Source: an uncultured delta proteobacterium (GTDB taxonomy: Bacteria; Myxococcota_A; Polyangia; DRWM01; JAAZOP01). Taken from it: a stretch of 49,072 nt of DNA. The DNA lies in NCBI GenBank assembly GCA_947085355.1, contig CAMTWF010000096.1, forward strand, positions 1 to 49,072. Direction: 5' to 3'. A model generated the notes under the pieces. It was given only the letters and a program-made list of their open reading frames with translations, was not told the origin of the DNA and searched no databases. Within the stretch, counting starts at the first letter, position 1; every line of letters starts with the position of its first letter. Below are positions 37,300-46,047 of this stretch, piece by piece. The position numbers were made by a program, and so were the translations under genes.

Positions 37300-38583
37300 A
37301 TGATGGTGTTGGATCGCGGAGGTTGCGGAGCGTGCGGCCGGTGGCGACGGCGCCGGGCGTGGTCGGCGGTCGCGGCGGCCGTTGCGTTGGGCGGCTGCAG
37401 CCTGATGGGGCTGTTCGACGAAGAGCCGCCGGAGCCGCCGGAGGCGCCGTGCGAGCCGGGGGAGCGGCGCCCGGGTGTGTGCGGCGTCTGCGATGCGACC
37501 GCCGGCACGGAGGTCTGCGGCGCCGGCGGCGTCTGGGAACGGTACTGGTGCCCGCCGGATCCCGATGACGGGGACGGCGACGGCGCCGCCTCCACCGAGT
37601 GCCGTCCCGGCGTGCCGGTGGACTGCAACGACGGAAACCGCGAGATCCACCCCGGGGCGACCGAGACCTGCAACAACACCGATGACGACTGCAACGGCGA
37701 GACGGACGAGGACTTCGACTGCGCTCCAGGGCGTACGCAGCCCTGCATGGCGTGCGGCGTAGCCGCCGGCGAGCAGACGTGCGGGGCCGGGTGCACCTGG
37801 GAGCCGTGCGTGCCGGCGGCGGGGCAGGGGGTCTGCCTGATCGACGGGACCTGCAATGAGGATGGCGACCTCGATCCGGGAAACGCGTGCCGGTGGTGCG
37901 CGCCGGAGACGAGCGCGACCGCGTGGAGCGACGCACCGATCGGGACGGGATGCCCCGCGGACGCGCTGGCCTGCACACTGGATGGCGTCTGCGACGGGGC
38001 GGGGACCTGCACGCACCCACTTGCGCCGGGATTCTGCCTGATCGACGGGACCTGCCGGGCGGAGGGCGAGCGGGATCCGACCGACACGTGCCGGATCTGC
38101 GACTCGGCAAGCGTTCCGACCTCGTGGTCGCGCTTCTGCTGGATCGACCCGGGCAGCGGGTTGATGTGGCAGGATCCGCCCGCTGCCGATCTGATGGCTT
38201 GGGACCCCGCGGTCTCCTACTGCGCCGGCTTGGAGTATCTCGGGTTCGATGACTGGCGCCTGCCGACGATCGGCGAGCTGCGGTCGCTCATTCGCGGCTG
38301 TCCCGGCACGATGACCGGCGGCTCGTGCGGCGTCACCGACGCCTGTCTGGGCGCCGGATGCTGGACTTCCGGCTGCGACGGCTGCGGCGACGGTGCGGGT
38401 CCGGGTTCAGGCGGGTGCTACTGGGATCCCCTCGTGACGGGCTATTGCACCGTCTACTGGTCGTCGTCGTCCTACTCGGGCTCCTCCTCCCGCGCGTGGT
38501 ACGTCGCCTTCAACTACGGCCTCGTGCGCAACGCCGACAAGACGGACAGCTTCTATGTCCGCTGCATTCGTCGCGGACCGTGA
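37300..38583 (+). CDS. Cys-rich lipoprotein with C-terminal DUF1566/Lcl domain; candidate DGR target 2
   Basis: Lipobox LGGC; DCNDGNREIHPGATETCNNTDDDCNG metal-binding-type repeat; CLIDGTC repeats; DPGSGLMWQ..DDWRLPT..YWSSS..YVRCIR. Confidence 0.88.
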   Translation: MMVLDRGGCGACGRWRRRRAWSAVAAAVALGGCSLMGLFDEEPPEPPEAPCEPGERRPGVCGVCDATAGTEVCGAGGVWERYWCPPDPDDGDGDGAASTECRPGVPVDCNDGNREIHPGATETCNNTDDDCNGETDEDFDCAPGRTQPCMACGVAAGEQTCGAGCTWEPCVPAAGQGVCLIDGTCNEDGDLDPGNACRWCAPETSATAWSDAPIGTGCPADALACTLDGVCDGAGTCTHPLAPGFCLIDGTCRAEGERDPTDTCRICDSASVPTSWSRFCWIDPGSGLMWQDPPAADLMAWDPAVSYCAGLEYLGFDDWRLPTIGELRSLIRGCPGTMTGGSCGVTDACLGAGCWTSGCDGCGDGAGPGSGGCYWDPLVTGYCTVYWSSSSYSGSSSRAWYVAFNYGLVRNADKTDSFYVRCIRRGP

Positions 38584-38707
38584 TTTTCGGTCTTTGATCC
38601 TTTGGCTCTTTGGTCCTTGTCGCCTGCGCTGGGCGGCGAACGCCTTCGGGCCCGGTCCCGCCGATCCACGGTCGAGGCGCGGGGCGTCCGGCGGCGCGCT
38701 TCTCCGG
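38140..38707 (+). repeat. 568-bp direct repeat, copy 2
   Basis: Colinear with 34615-35182. Confidence 0.92.
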
Positions 38708-38861
38708 ATCGTAGCCGTTCATGCCCCGTTTCGTGGTCGTGGTCGACTACGCGGCCGAGCCGGAACCGGGCCGGCACGAACGCGAGCACCACCTGCGCGA
38801 ACCGGACGACGCGCGCAGCCTTTGTGGACCGCATCCAGCGGCCACGGAAGGCTCGACCCGC

Positions 38862-39404
38862 GCGATAGCCAGGCCCGCCGGCGCGATCGGAAGGCGCCGA
38901 AGCGCCTTGCCTACGCCCCGTCGGGCGTTCCGAAGGCGGTGGTGGAGCGATAGCCAAGCCATGCCGGCGCGATCGGAAGGCGCCGAAGCGCCTTGCCTAC
39001 GCCCCGTCGGGCGTTCCCAAGGCGGTGGTGGGGCGATAGCCAGGCCCTGCCGGCGCGATCGGAAGGCGCCGAATCGCCTTGCCTACGCCCCGTCGGGCGT
39101 TCCCAAGGCGGGCGGCGGGCGATATGAACGCCCGCACCGGGCCGATCGTGCGCGGAGGAATGCCTTCAACAGGCTCGCGGCCGCGTTCGCCTCGCCCCGT
39201 CGAGCGTTTCCAAGGCGGTGGTGGGGCGATAGCCTGCGACCTGCCGGCGCGATCGGAAGGCGCCGAATCGCCTTGTCTACGCTCCGTCGAGCGTTCCGAA
39301 GGCGGTGGTGGGCGATATGAACGCCCGCACCGGGCCCATCGTGCGCGGGGGAATGCCTTCAACAGGCTCGCGGCCGCGTTCGCCTCGCCCCGTCCGGGCG
39401 TTCG
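38862..39404. repeat. Composite tandem array A-A-A-B-A-B (units 85, 86, 86, 107, 86, ~93 bp)
   Basis: Units start GCGATA at 38862, 38947, 39033, 39119, 39226, 39312 and share the core CGCCCCGTCG(G/A)GCGTTCC(C/G)AAGGCGGTGGTGG (truncated in the last unit). Confidence 0.9.
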
Positions 39405-39428
39405 GGGGACCCGCGACCGGCCGAGGGG

Positions 39429-39869
39429 CTACCCTTCCTTGGGCTGGCGTGGGCCCTTGGCGAAGAAGTCCAGGACGGGCTTGAACATGGAGGCGATCTC
39501 GGGATCGTGCTTCATCTGGACCTTCACCTGATCGTTTACCTTGCGGATCTGCTCCCATGCCCCAGCGTCGAAGAGCAGGTTGCCCTGCTTGAGGATGCCC
39601 AGGACCACCTCGAGGTCCACGATGACCGTGTCGATCTCCTCGGCCCGCCGGCCGGCATCGCGGAGCGACTGAGGCGTCACGTCTCGGGGCGGCGTGAACT
39701 TGGCGCCGCCCTTCTCGATCACGTCCGCCGCCTGGTAGCACACCAAGCCGATGCCGCGCGGTGTCTTCGGGATCCGCGCCACCTCGGCGGGCGAGAGCTT
39801 CCCCGCCTGCTCCGGGGGCTTCAAGAAGTCGTCGAACAACACGCGGACGGTTCCGTGCTCGATCTCCAT
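39429..39869 (-). CDS. Hypothetical 146-aa predominantly helical protein
   Basis: Strong GGAGG RBS before ATG 39869; host-like codon usage; no recognisable catalytic motif. Confidence 0.8.
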   Translation of the reverse strand: MEIEHGTVRVLFDDFLKPPEQAGKLSPAEVARIPKTPRGIGLVCYQAADVIEKGGAKFTPPRDVTPQSLRDAGRRAEEIDTVIVDLEVVLGILKQGNLLFDAGAWEQIRKVNDQVKVQMKHDPEIASMFKPVLDFFAKGPRQPKEG

Positions 39870-39988
39870 CGTCGTGTCCTCCACTGCGCCATCCAGGCGC
39901 GATTGGAAGGTCCAGCCAACCCAGACCCTCACGAGTATCCAGCGCCGGAGTATCCGCAGACCGCGGTGGGAAATCAAGACCGACGCAA

Positions 39989-40282
39989 AACCGGGGTGCA
40001 TCGATGTCGGGAGGTGGGGGAGGCGAGCCGCCACAATTCGTGTGTGCCCCACATGACCCGCTGTTTGCGCGGCCGCCCTTCTCCGGGCGTAGGGGAGGGC
40101 GAGCGGGCGGCGTAGCCGTCCGCGAGTCCTCCCGCGAGCGCGTGGTGAACGTGCGGGAGGACTCGGCGGCGCTTCGCGCCGCCTCGCCCTCCCCTACAGG
40201 ACGAAAAAGGCGCGGCTGCGCGGAAATCCGTGTGCGGCTCGCCTCCACCACCTCCCGACATCGACTTGGATGCACCCCGGTT
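39989..40282. repeat. 294-bp nested imperfect palindrome (REPIN/MITE-like or structured RNA)
   Basis: Paired arms AACCGGGGTGCATC/GATGCACCCCGGTT, TCGATGTCGGGAGGTGG/CCACCTCCCGACATCGA, GGAGGCGAGCCGC/GCGGCTCGCCTCC, GTAGGGGAGGGCGAG/CTCGCCCTCCCCTAC, CGAGTCCTCCCGC/GCGGGAGGACTCG. Confidence 0.88.
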
Positions 40283-40293
40283 ACTCGCCGCGC

Positions 40294-40322
40294 TTGACCC
40301 TTCCGTGGGGCGGGCGTAGCGT
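40294..40322 (+). promoter_or_regulatory. Putative sigma70 promoter for the second kinase
   Basis: TTGACC-N17-TAGCGT, 30 bp upstream of ATG 40352. Confidence 0.55.
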
Positions 40323-40351
40323 ACGGCATCGAGTTTCCGGCGGGGATTCGC

Positions 40352-42001
40352 ATGAGCTGGGTCGGCCAGGTCGTAGACAACAAGTACAAGCTGATCCGGT
40401 TGCTCGGCGAGGGCGGGATGGGCGCGGTCTACGAGGCCGAGCACATCCTGATCCGCCGCCGCTGCGCCGTGAAGTTCCTTCACCCGGAGATCGCCCGGAA
40501 CCAGGACATCGTGCGGCGGTTCATCCAGGAGGCGCAGGCCGCCGCCGCGATCGGCCACAAGGGGATCATCGACATCTACGACGTCGGCACGACCCAGGGC
40601 GGCGCCACGTACATCGTGATGGAGTACCTCGACGGCGCAAGCCTGGCCGAACGGCTCGAAGGCGGCAAGAGGCTGGCCCCCGCCGCCGCCGCCGAGGTCG
40701 CCGTCCAGGCGCTCGGCGCCCTCGCCTTCGCCCACAAGCAGGGGATCGTCCACCGCGACATCAAGCCCGACAACCTCTTCCTCACGCAGCAACCCGGCCT
40801 CGCAACGGCGGTGAAGGTCCTCGACTTCGGCATCGCGCGCATGCGCGACCCGGCGGAGCCGCAAGGACGCATGACCGCCACCGGCGCGCTCCTCGGCACC
40901 CCGTACTACATGGCGCCCGAACAGGCCCGCGGAGTGACGGACGTCGACCACCGCATCGATATCTACGCGATGGGCGTCGTGCTGTACGAGGCGGTGACCG
41001 GCCGGGTGCCCTTCGAGGGCCAGAACGTCGCCCAGATCATGTTCAACGTGCTCACCACACCCCTCGTCCGGCCGCGGCAGATCGACCCGAGCATCCCGGA
41101 ACGGCTCGAGGCGGTGATCCTGAAGGCGATGGAGCGCGATCGCGACGTGCGGTACCAGAGCGCCGAGGACATGATCCGCGACCTGCTGCCGCTGCTCGAT
41201 GCGGAGGCCCGCGCACGCGCCGGCGTCGCGCTCAAGGACTCCGACGCGCTCCGGGCGCCCGCCGGCGGAACCGGCGGGTCGGACCCGCGGAAGACGGCCA
41301 CGCCCGCCGCGGCCGGTGACGACGCGCCCATCGATCTCCCGAGGGGTCGGCCGAAGGTCGCGATCGCCGCGGCGGTTGCCGGTGTCGCGATCGCGGCGGC
41401 GGCCGCGGCGCTCCTGGTCCTTGCGCCGTGGAAGGAGTCGGAACCGCGGGGCGCCGCGGCTCCGGCGGCGGCGGTGCAGGACGCGGCCGGCGTGCTCCCG
41501 CCGCCGGTGGTCGAGGCCGCGTCGCCGGACGCGCCTTTGCCGAGCGACGCGGTCGAGACCGCGACGGCCGAGGTGGGGCCGATCGCACAACCGGCGGGCG
41601 ACCCGGCCGTTGCGCCGCTGCCCGGGCCGGTCACGATCGCCGTCAAGGATCTCCCCGCGGGCGCGGTCGTCCTGTTCGGCGGCGTGGTGATGCCGGATGT
41701 GCCGTTCAAGGCGGCGCCGGGCGCGACTCCGATCGAACTCGAGATCCGCGTGCCGGGGTACGAGCCGTACAAGGCGGCGGTTACCCCCGACCGGGACACG
41801 GAGGTGACGCCCGCGTTCGAGCCGCTGCGAAGGACCGGCCGCCGGGGCGCTGGCACGACGCCTCCGGGCGCCGGGACGACGCCGGGAGAACAGACCGCCG
41901 CGACGCAGCCGCCCCGGCCGCCGGTGCAGGCCGGGCGTGACGCGGGCGCCGCCACCGTCCATGGTTCGCGGGGCACCGAACGGCTGGACGATTTCGAGTG
42001 A
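40352..42001 (+). CDS. Membrane-anchored Hanks-type Ser/Thr protein kinase
   Basis: LGEGGMGAVY, AVKFL, HRDIKPDN, DFG, GTPYYMAPE, DIYAMG; TM segment and PEGA-like tail. Confidence 0.94.
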   Translation: MSWVGQVVDNKYKLIRLLGEGGMGAVYEAEHILIRRRCAVKFLHPEIARNQDIVRRFIQEAQAAAAIGHKGIIDIYDVGTTQGGATYIVMEYLDGASLAERLEGGKRLAPAAAAEVAVQALGALAFAHKQGIVHRDIKPDNLFLTQQPGLATAVKVLDFGIARMRDPAEPQGRMTATGALLGTPYYMAPEQARGVTDVDHRIDIYAMGVVLYEAVTGRVPFEGQNVAQIMFNVLTTPLVRPRQIDPSIPERLEAVILKAMERDRDVRYQSAEDMIRDLLPLLDAEARARAGVALKDSDALRAPAGGTGGSDPRKTATPAAAGDDAPIDLPRGRPKVAIAAAVAGVAIAAAAAALLVLAPWKESEPRGAAAPAAAVQDAAGVLPPPVVEAASPDAPLPSDAVETATAEVGPIAQPAGDPAVAPLPGPVTIAVKDLPAGAVVLFGGVVMPDVPFKAAPGATPIELEIRVPGYEPYKAAVTPDRDTEVTPAFEPLRRTGRRGAGTTPPGAGTTPGEQTAATQPPRPPVQAGRDAGAATVHGSRGTERLDDFE

Positions 42002-42052
42002 CATGATGTCCGGGAGCCGTTTGGAGCCGTTTGGAGGAACGCGAGGAACGAC

Positions 42053-43411
42053 GTGCCGGTCGTAGCCAGGTGCCCCAACTGCCATGCTCCCGTCGATCGC
42101 GTGCCGGACGGAGGCTCCGGCAAGTGCCCGTACTGCGACGCCACGCTGCTCGCGACGAGGTACATGCCGGCGCCCGTGCTCCCGCCGCAGCCGCCGCAGC
42201 CGCCGCAGCCGCAGCCGCCGCCGCAGTTCCCGCCCCCGCCCGTCGTGCCCCAGCGCCACGGGAAGCACGCCGCGCTGGCATCCGTCCTGTCCGTGCTGCT
42301 GCTGAGCGGCGGCTCGGGCCTTGCCATCTACCTCAGCCAACGAGAGGCGCGGCAGGCGGCCGAGCGCGTCAGGGAGTCGATCGCCGCCGCCTTCGAGCCG
42401 TCGCCCGCCGGCGGCGTGACGTCCCGCGAGGAGGACGGCTGGGTCGTCGTGTCCCTGCCGGCTGCGACCGGCGCGGCGGGGCCGCGCGTGACGGCGGAAC
42501 TCCCGACCGGACAGGTGGCCGGTGGGATGCTCGAGGTCTCGATCGTCGGCGACCGGCCCTTCGTGATGTGCGCCGCGAAGCTCGTGACGCTGGACGGAAA
42601 ACCGCTGGGCGGCGCCGACGACGAAGCAGCGCTGGTCCAGTTCATGGCGGCCGTGCCGCCGGATCGGCTGAATCTCGTCCTGGACTGCGCCTCCCATCCG
42701 GTGGAGAGGACGGTTCGAGTGTGGTCGCGCGAGCCCCCGGTGCTCGCGCCCGGTAGCCCGGCGAGACTGACCATGCCGGCCGGCACGAAGTCGGCCACGG
42801 CCTTGGCGCCCGTGGAAACGCCGGGGCCGCACGTCGTGCACGTCGAGTGCGATGATGTGTTGACCGGGCTGAGCGTCGTCGGGCCGGACGGCCGCGTCGT
42901 CGCGGAGACGAGGGTCGGGGCGGGCGGAGTCGCAGACGTCGAGGCGGACCTTGCCGCCGGGAACAACACGGTCCGGTTGGTGCGACCGATCGCGGCGGGC
43001 GAGCCGATCGAGGCGACGGTGACGCTGGCCGGCGTCGCGTCCTCGCGGATCTCGATCGGCGACAGGGAGGTCGGGACGCTCTCGCGCACGGCGCCCCGCG
43101 CCCGCTTCGCCTTCGACGTGGAGGAGCCCCGGCGGGTCGAGGCGGTCGCGTCGTCGCAGGTCGCGGCGCTCTCCGTGGAGATCCGCGGCGCCGACGGCGT
43201 CCCCGTCGCCGCCGGGAGATCGCCGAGCAGCGGACGGGAAGCGAAAGCCTCGCCGCCCGAGCCGCTCGGGCCCGGCGCCTACCTGATCGTCGTCGGCTGC
43301 GAGGGCTGCGACCGGCCCAAGACGCCGTTCATGTTGAGATTGCGGGCGGCTGGAGAATCCGCGGGCAGCGGCGGCTCCCAGCCGGCCGGGGCTCGCCGGC
43401 GGCCGCGATAG
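42053..43411 (+). CDS. Hypothetical membrane protein: N-terminal Zn ribbon, Pro/Gln linker, TM helix, extracytoplasmic beta domains
   Basis: CPNC..CPYC, PPQPPQPPQP, hydrophobic ALASVLSVLLLSGGSGLAIYL, PPC-like LGPGAYLIVV. Confidence 0.7.
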   Translation: MPVVARCPNCHAPVDRVPDGGSGKCPYCDATLLATRYMPAPVLPPQPPQPPQPQPPPQFPPPPVVPQRHGKHAALASVLSVLLLSGGSGLAIYLSQREARQAAERVRESIAAAFEPSPAGGVTSREEDGWVVVSLPAATGAAGPRVTAELPTGQVAGGMLEVSIVGDRPFVMCAAKLVTLDGKPLGGADDEAALVQFMAAVPPDRLNLVLDCASHPVERTVRVWSREPPVLAPGSPARLTMPAGTKSATALAPVETPGPHVVHVECDDVLTGLSVVGPDGRVVAETRVGAGGVADVEADLAAGNNTVRLVRPIAAGEPIEATVTLAGVASSRISIGDREVGTLSRTAPRARFAFDVEEPRRVEAVASSQVAALSVEIRGADGVPVAAGRSPSSGREAKASPPEPLGPGAYLIVVGCEGCDRPKTPFMLRLRAAGESAGSGGSQPAGARRRPR

Positions 43412-43470
43412 CCTCGTGCCCGCCGGGGATCACCCGGCGGAGCGCCGACCACGACCACGAACCTGGGTGA

Positions 43471-45810
43471 CTACGAAATTCCGGGGGGCCGCACCGAGCG
43501 GCGCCTGCGCAGCACGGCAAGCAGCAACAGGATCGCCGGGAACGCGCCGCGGCCCGACGAGCGGCCGGACGTCCGGCAGCCGCAGCCGGAGCCGGAAGCC
43601 GATAGACCCTGACCGTCGGCCGCGACGTCGTCCTCCGGGGCATCGGCCCCGGCGTCGTCGTCCCCGGACGCCTCGGCCTCGTCGGCCTCGTCGGCGTCCG
43701 GATCGGCCCCGGCGTCGTCGTCCCCGGACGCCTCGGCGTCCTCGCCGCCGGCCTCGTCGCTCGCGTCCTCGCCGCCGTCGCCGCCGTCCTCCGGCGGGGG
43801 CGACCGGATCACGATCCCTTCGAGGCTCATGTACACGGCGTTCGGGTTGGTGTGCATGAAGGTGAAGTGGTAGGTGGTGCCGGGTTCGAGCGGCGGGTCG
43901 GTCCACGGCGCCAGGAGGATTCTCCACGGGGTTGGAGCCGCCGGGCTGCCGGTGTATCGGTGATCGTATCCGTCCAGGGTTATCGACCAGCCGCTCACCG
44001 TGAAGTGGATCGGCTGGTTCTTCCGCATGTACACCTCGTAGGCGCCGCTCGGCATCACGGTGAACGGGGAGGTCGTGAGCTGGACCCGCGTGGCGTCCGC
44101 AGGCGCCTCGATCTTGAACTGCACGCCCGCGTACATCCGGCTCAGCATGCCGCCCAGCTCGTCGAGCCCCATGCTGAAGGCGGCGGCGTTGCCGAGGCCG
44201 AGGTCGATGATCCGTTCGCATCCCACGAGACCGCGCTCCACGGCGATCCGCTCGACATGGGCGGCGTCGGCGGCCGTCAGGATCCCGTCCCCGACGAGCC
44301 GCGATGCCTGGGAGATCAGCGCGCGTCCGGCCTCGTCGAAGTCGGCGACGTCCGAGAGCGAGGCGAGTGCGTCGAAGACGAGCCTGTCGGTCTTGGGGGC
44401 GCCGATGGCGGTCCGGATCTCCCAGGTCGTGCCCGACCAGATCCTGCCGTCCATGTGGCTCTGGCCGCTGAGGCCCTGCGGGCACGTCGCCGTGTTGTCG
44501 GCGCTGCGGATCGCCATCTCGCCGCCGATCGTCCCCTCGCGCGCGGCGTACTCCCCGAGCGTCGGGTCGCCGGTGATCGTCACCGAGAAGTAGTCGGCGG
44601 TTCCCTCGTTGAGGCCTCCGGACGAGAAGTCGGGGCCGAGTTCGTCGGCGGTCCAGCCGATCAGCCCGGCGACGTCGTCAATCACGCCGTGCCCGAACTC
44701 GTGGTAGATGACGTCGGCGTCGTACGCGAAGTCGACCACGGAGCCCTGGCCGAGCACGACGTCGCCGCAGCGGTCGCGGTTGATGTCGCCGTAGAAGGCG
44801 TTCGCCACGGGCATGTTCACGGCCACCCGCATGGCGCGGGACGTCCCGCAGAGCCAGGTGAACCCGAGCGTCTCCTCGAAGAAGCGGTTCACCCGGTCGA
44901 TGTGGAAGTAGGCGTTCACCTCGGCGAACGCGTCGTCGGTCGCACCCTCCAGCGGCGGGTACAGGTAGTCGCCGTCCACGTCCGGCAGCGCCCTGCGCAC
45001 CAGCGTCCTGCACCTGGAATCGGAGCACGCCCACGCCGTCGCGAGTTCGCCGTCCAGCGCCGTCGTCGACGTCAGGCGCGGAAGATCGACCTCGACGTGG
45101 GCCGGCGCCACCTCCGGGTTGGGGTCGTAGATGTGGCCGCGGGCGGACACGAAGAGCCGGCGCGCGAACAGCGGGCGGCCGGTCGATGCGTCCTGGACGA
45201 CCTCGAACCGGTCCAGCGGCCCTCCGGTCTCCACGACCGCGACGTGGACGAACCTGGCGCCGGCGCCGTGCGCGAACACCGCCGGCTCCACCGACTCCAC
45301 GACGGCGCCCGGCGCCGCCGCGCGCAACGCCGCGGCCGCCTCGGACGCGGACAGCGCGAAGCCGCCGGCGATCGCGCCGACGCCCGCGAGCCCTCCCGCC
45401 GCCTGGCAGACGCGGCCGTCGCCGCCGGCCACCACGACGAGACCCCGTCCGATCACCGGAAGGCCTCCCGCCGTCTGGCGGAACCGGACCGCCGTCCAGC
45501 GCCCCAACGGCACGGTCCGCTCGACCCGGAGCGACCCGCGAGGATCGGCCACGCCCAGGATCGCCGACTCGCGCTCGATGAAGCGCCACGCCGCCGCCAC
45601 CGGATCGCCGCCCAGCGGCTCGCTCAGGAACCTCCCGAGGAACGACGCCCCCGCGCGGTCGGCCCGAAAACGCACCAGCACGCCGCCGCCGTACCTCGCC
45701 CGGAACGCGCCGGCGAGCGCCTCGGCCTGCGACGGCGTCACCGGCGCCGCGTTCGCCGCACCGGACATCCCCGACAGCGCCAGAGCCGCCAGAACCACCG
45801 TTGTCCTCAT
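43471..45810 (-). CDS. Secreted thermolysin/fungalysin-like (M4/M36) Zn metallopeptidase with MYXO-CTERM sorting signal
   Basis: Signal peptide, FTP-like propeptide (VRFRQTAGGLPV), ANAFY, VIYHEFGH, GLNEGTADYF, HMDG; acidic repeat linker; tail GSGCGC..AILLLLAVLRRRR. Confidence 0.85.
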   Translation of the reverse strand: MRTTVVLAALALSGMSGAANAAPVTPSQAEALAGAFRARYGGGVLVRFRADRAGASFLGRFLSEPLGGDPVAAAWRFIERESAILGVADPRGSLRVERTVPLGRWTAVRFRQTAGGLPVIGRGLVVVAGGDGRVCQAAGGLAGVGAIAGGFALSASEAAAALRAAAPGAVVESVEPAVFAHGAGARFVHVAVVETGGPLDRFEVVQDASTGRPLFARRLFVSARGHIYDPNPEVAPAHVEVDLPRLTSTTALDGELATAWACSDSRCRTLVRRALPDVDGDYLYPPLEGATDDAFAEVNAYFHIDRVNRFFEETLGFTWLCGTSRAMRVAVNMPVANAFYGDINRDRCGDVVLGQGSVVDFAYDADVIYHEFGHGVIDDVAGLIGWTADELGPDFSSGGLNEGTADYFSVTITGDPTLGEYAAREGTIGGEMAIRSADNTATCPQGLSGQSHMDGRIWSGTTWEIRTAIGAPKTDRLVFDALASLSDVADFDEAGRALISQASRLVGDGILTAADAAHVERIAVERGLVGCERIIDLGLGNAAAFSMGLDELGGMLSRMYAGVQFKIEAPADATRVQLTTSPFTVMPSGAYEVYMRKNQPIHFTVSGWSITLDGYDHRYTGSPAAPTPWRILLAPWTDPPLEPGTTYHFTFMHTNPNAVYMSLEGIVIRSPPPEDGGDGGEDASDEAGGEDAEASGDDDAGADPDADEADEAEASGDDDAGADAPEDDVAADGQGLSASGSGCGCRTSGRSSGRGAFPAILLLLAVLRRRRSVRPPGIS

Positions 45811-46047
45811 CGCATCGACCTCCCGCCGTGCCCGTGCCCGTGCCCGTCTCGCCCGTCCTTCGCACCATCTGGACAAGCATGGCGACGGCACGGGCACGGA
45901 GGATACGCGAGATTGGGGGGAATTGGCAGTACAAGACCTTGACATCGGCGCCGGACCGGTAGTAACCGTGTCCGGCGTACGAGTCGGGGGGTCAATCCAC
46001 GCAGGTCCGACGTATCGGGACGGACCGGAAGGAACAGGAAGGACGCC

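Noticed and set aside
38862-39404. CRISPR array
   Set aside because: The inter-core segments are repeated (only two types) rather than unique spacers, the cores are degenerate, and no cas genes are present.
38721-39531. ORFs across the repeat array as real proteins
   Set aside because: Unit lengths are not multiples of 3, frames shift from unit to unit, and there is no convincing RBS.
34300-40300. Complete DGR cassette (RT, Avd, template repeat) in the window
   Set aside because: No ORF with RT motifs and no AAC-rich non-coding homologue seen. Neither DUF1566 copy can template the other because many mismatches involve non-A bases in both. The 146-aa protein shows no Avd similarity that I can recognise.
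45826-45899. (GTGCCC)n / (GGCACG)n inverted hexamer runs as a riboswitch or ncRNA
   Set aside because: Only a short low-complexity inverted repeat in the peptidase-fhs intergenic region; no recognisable riboswitch consensus by eye.
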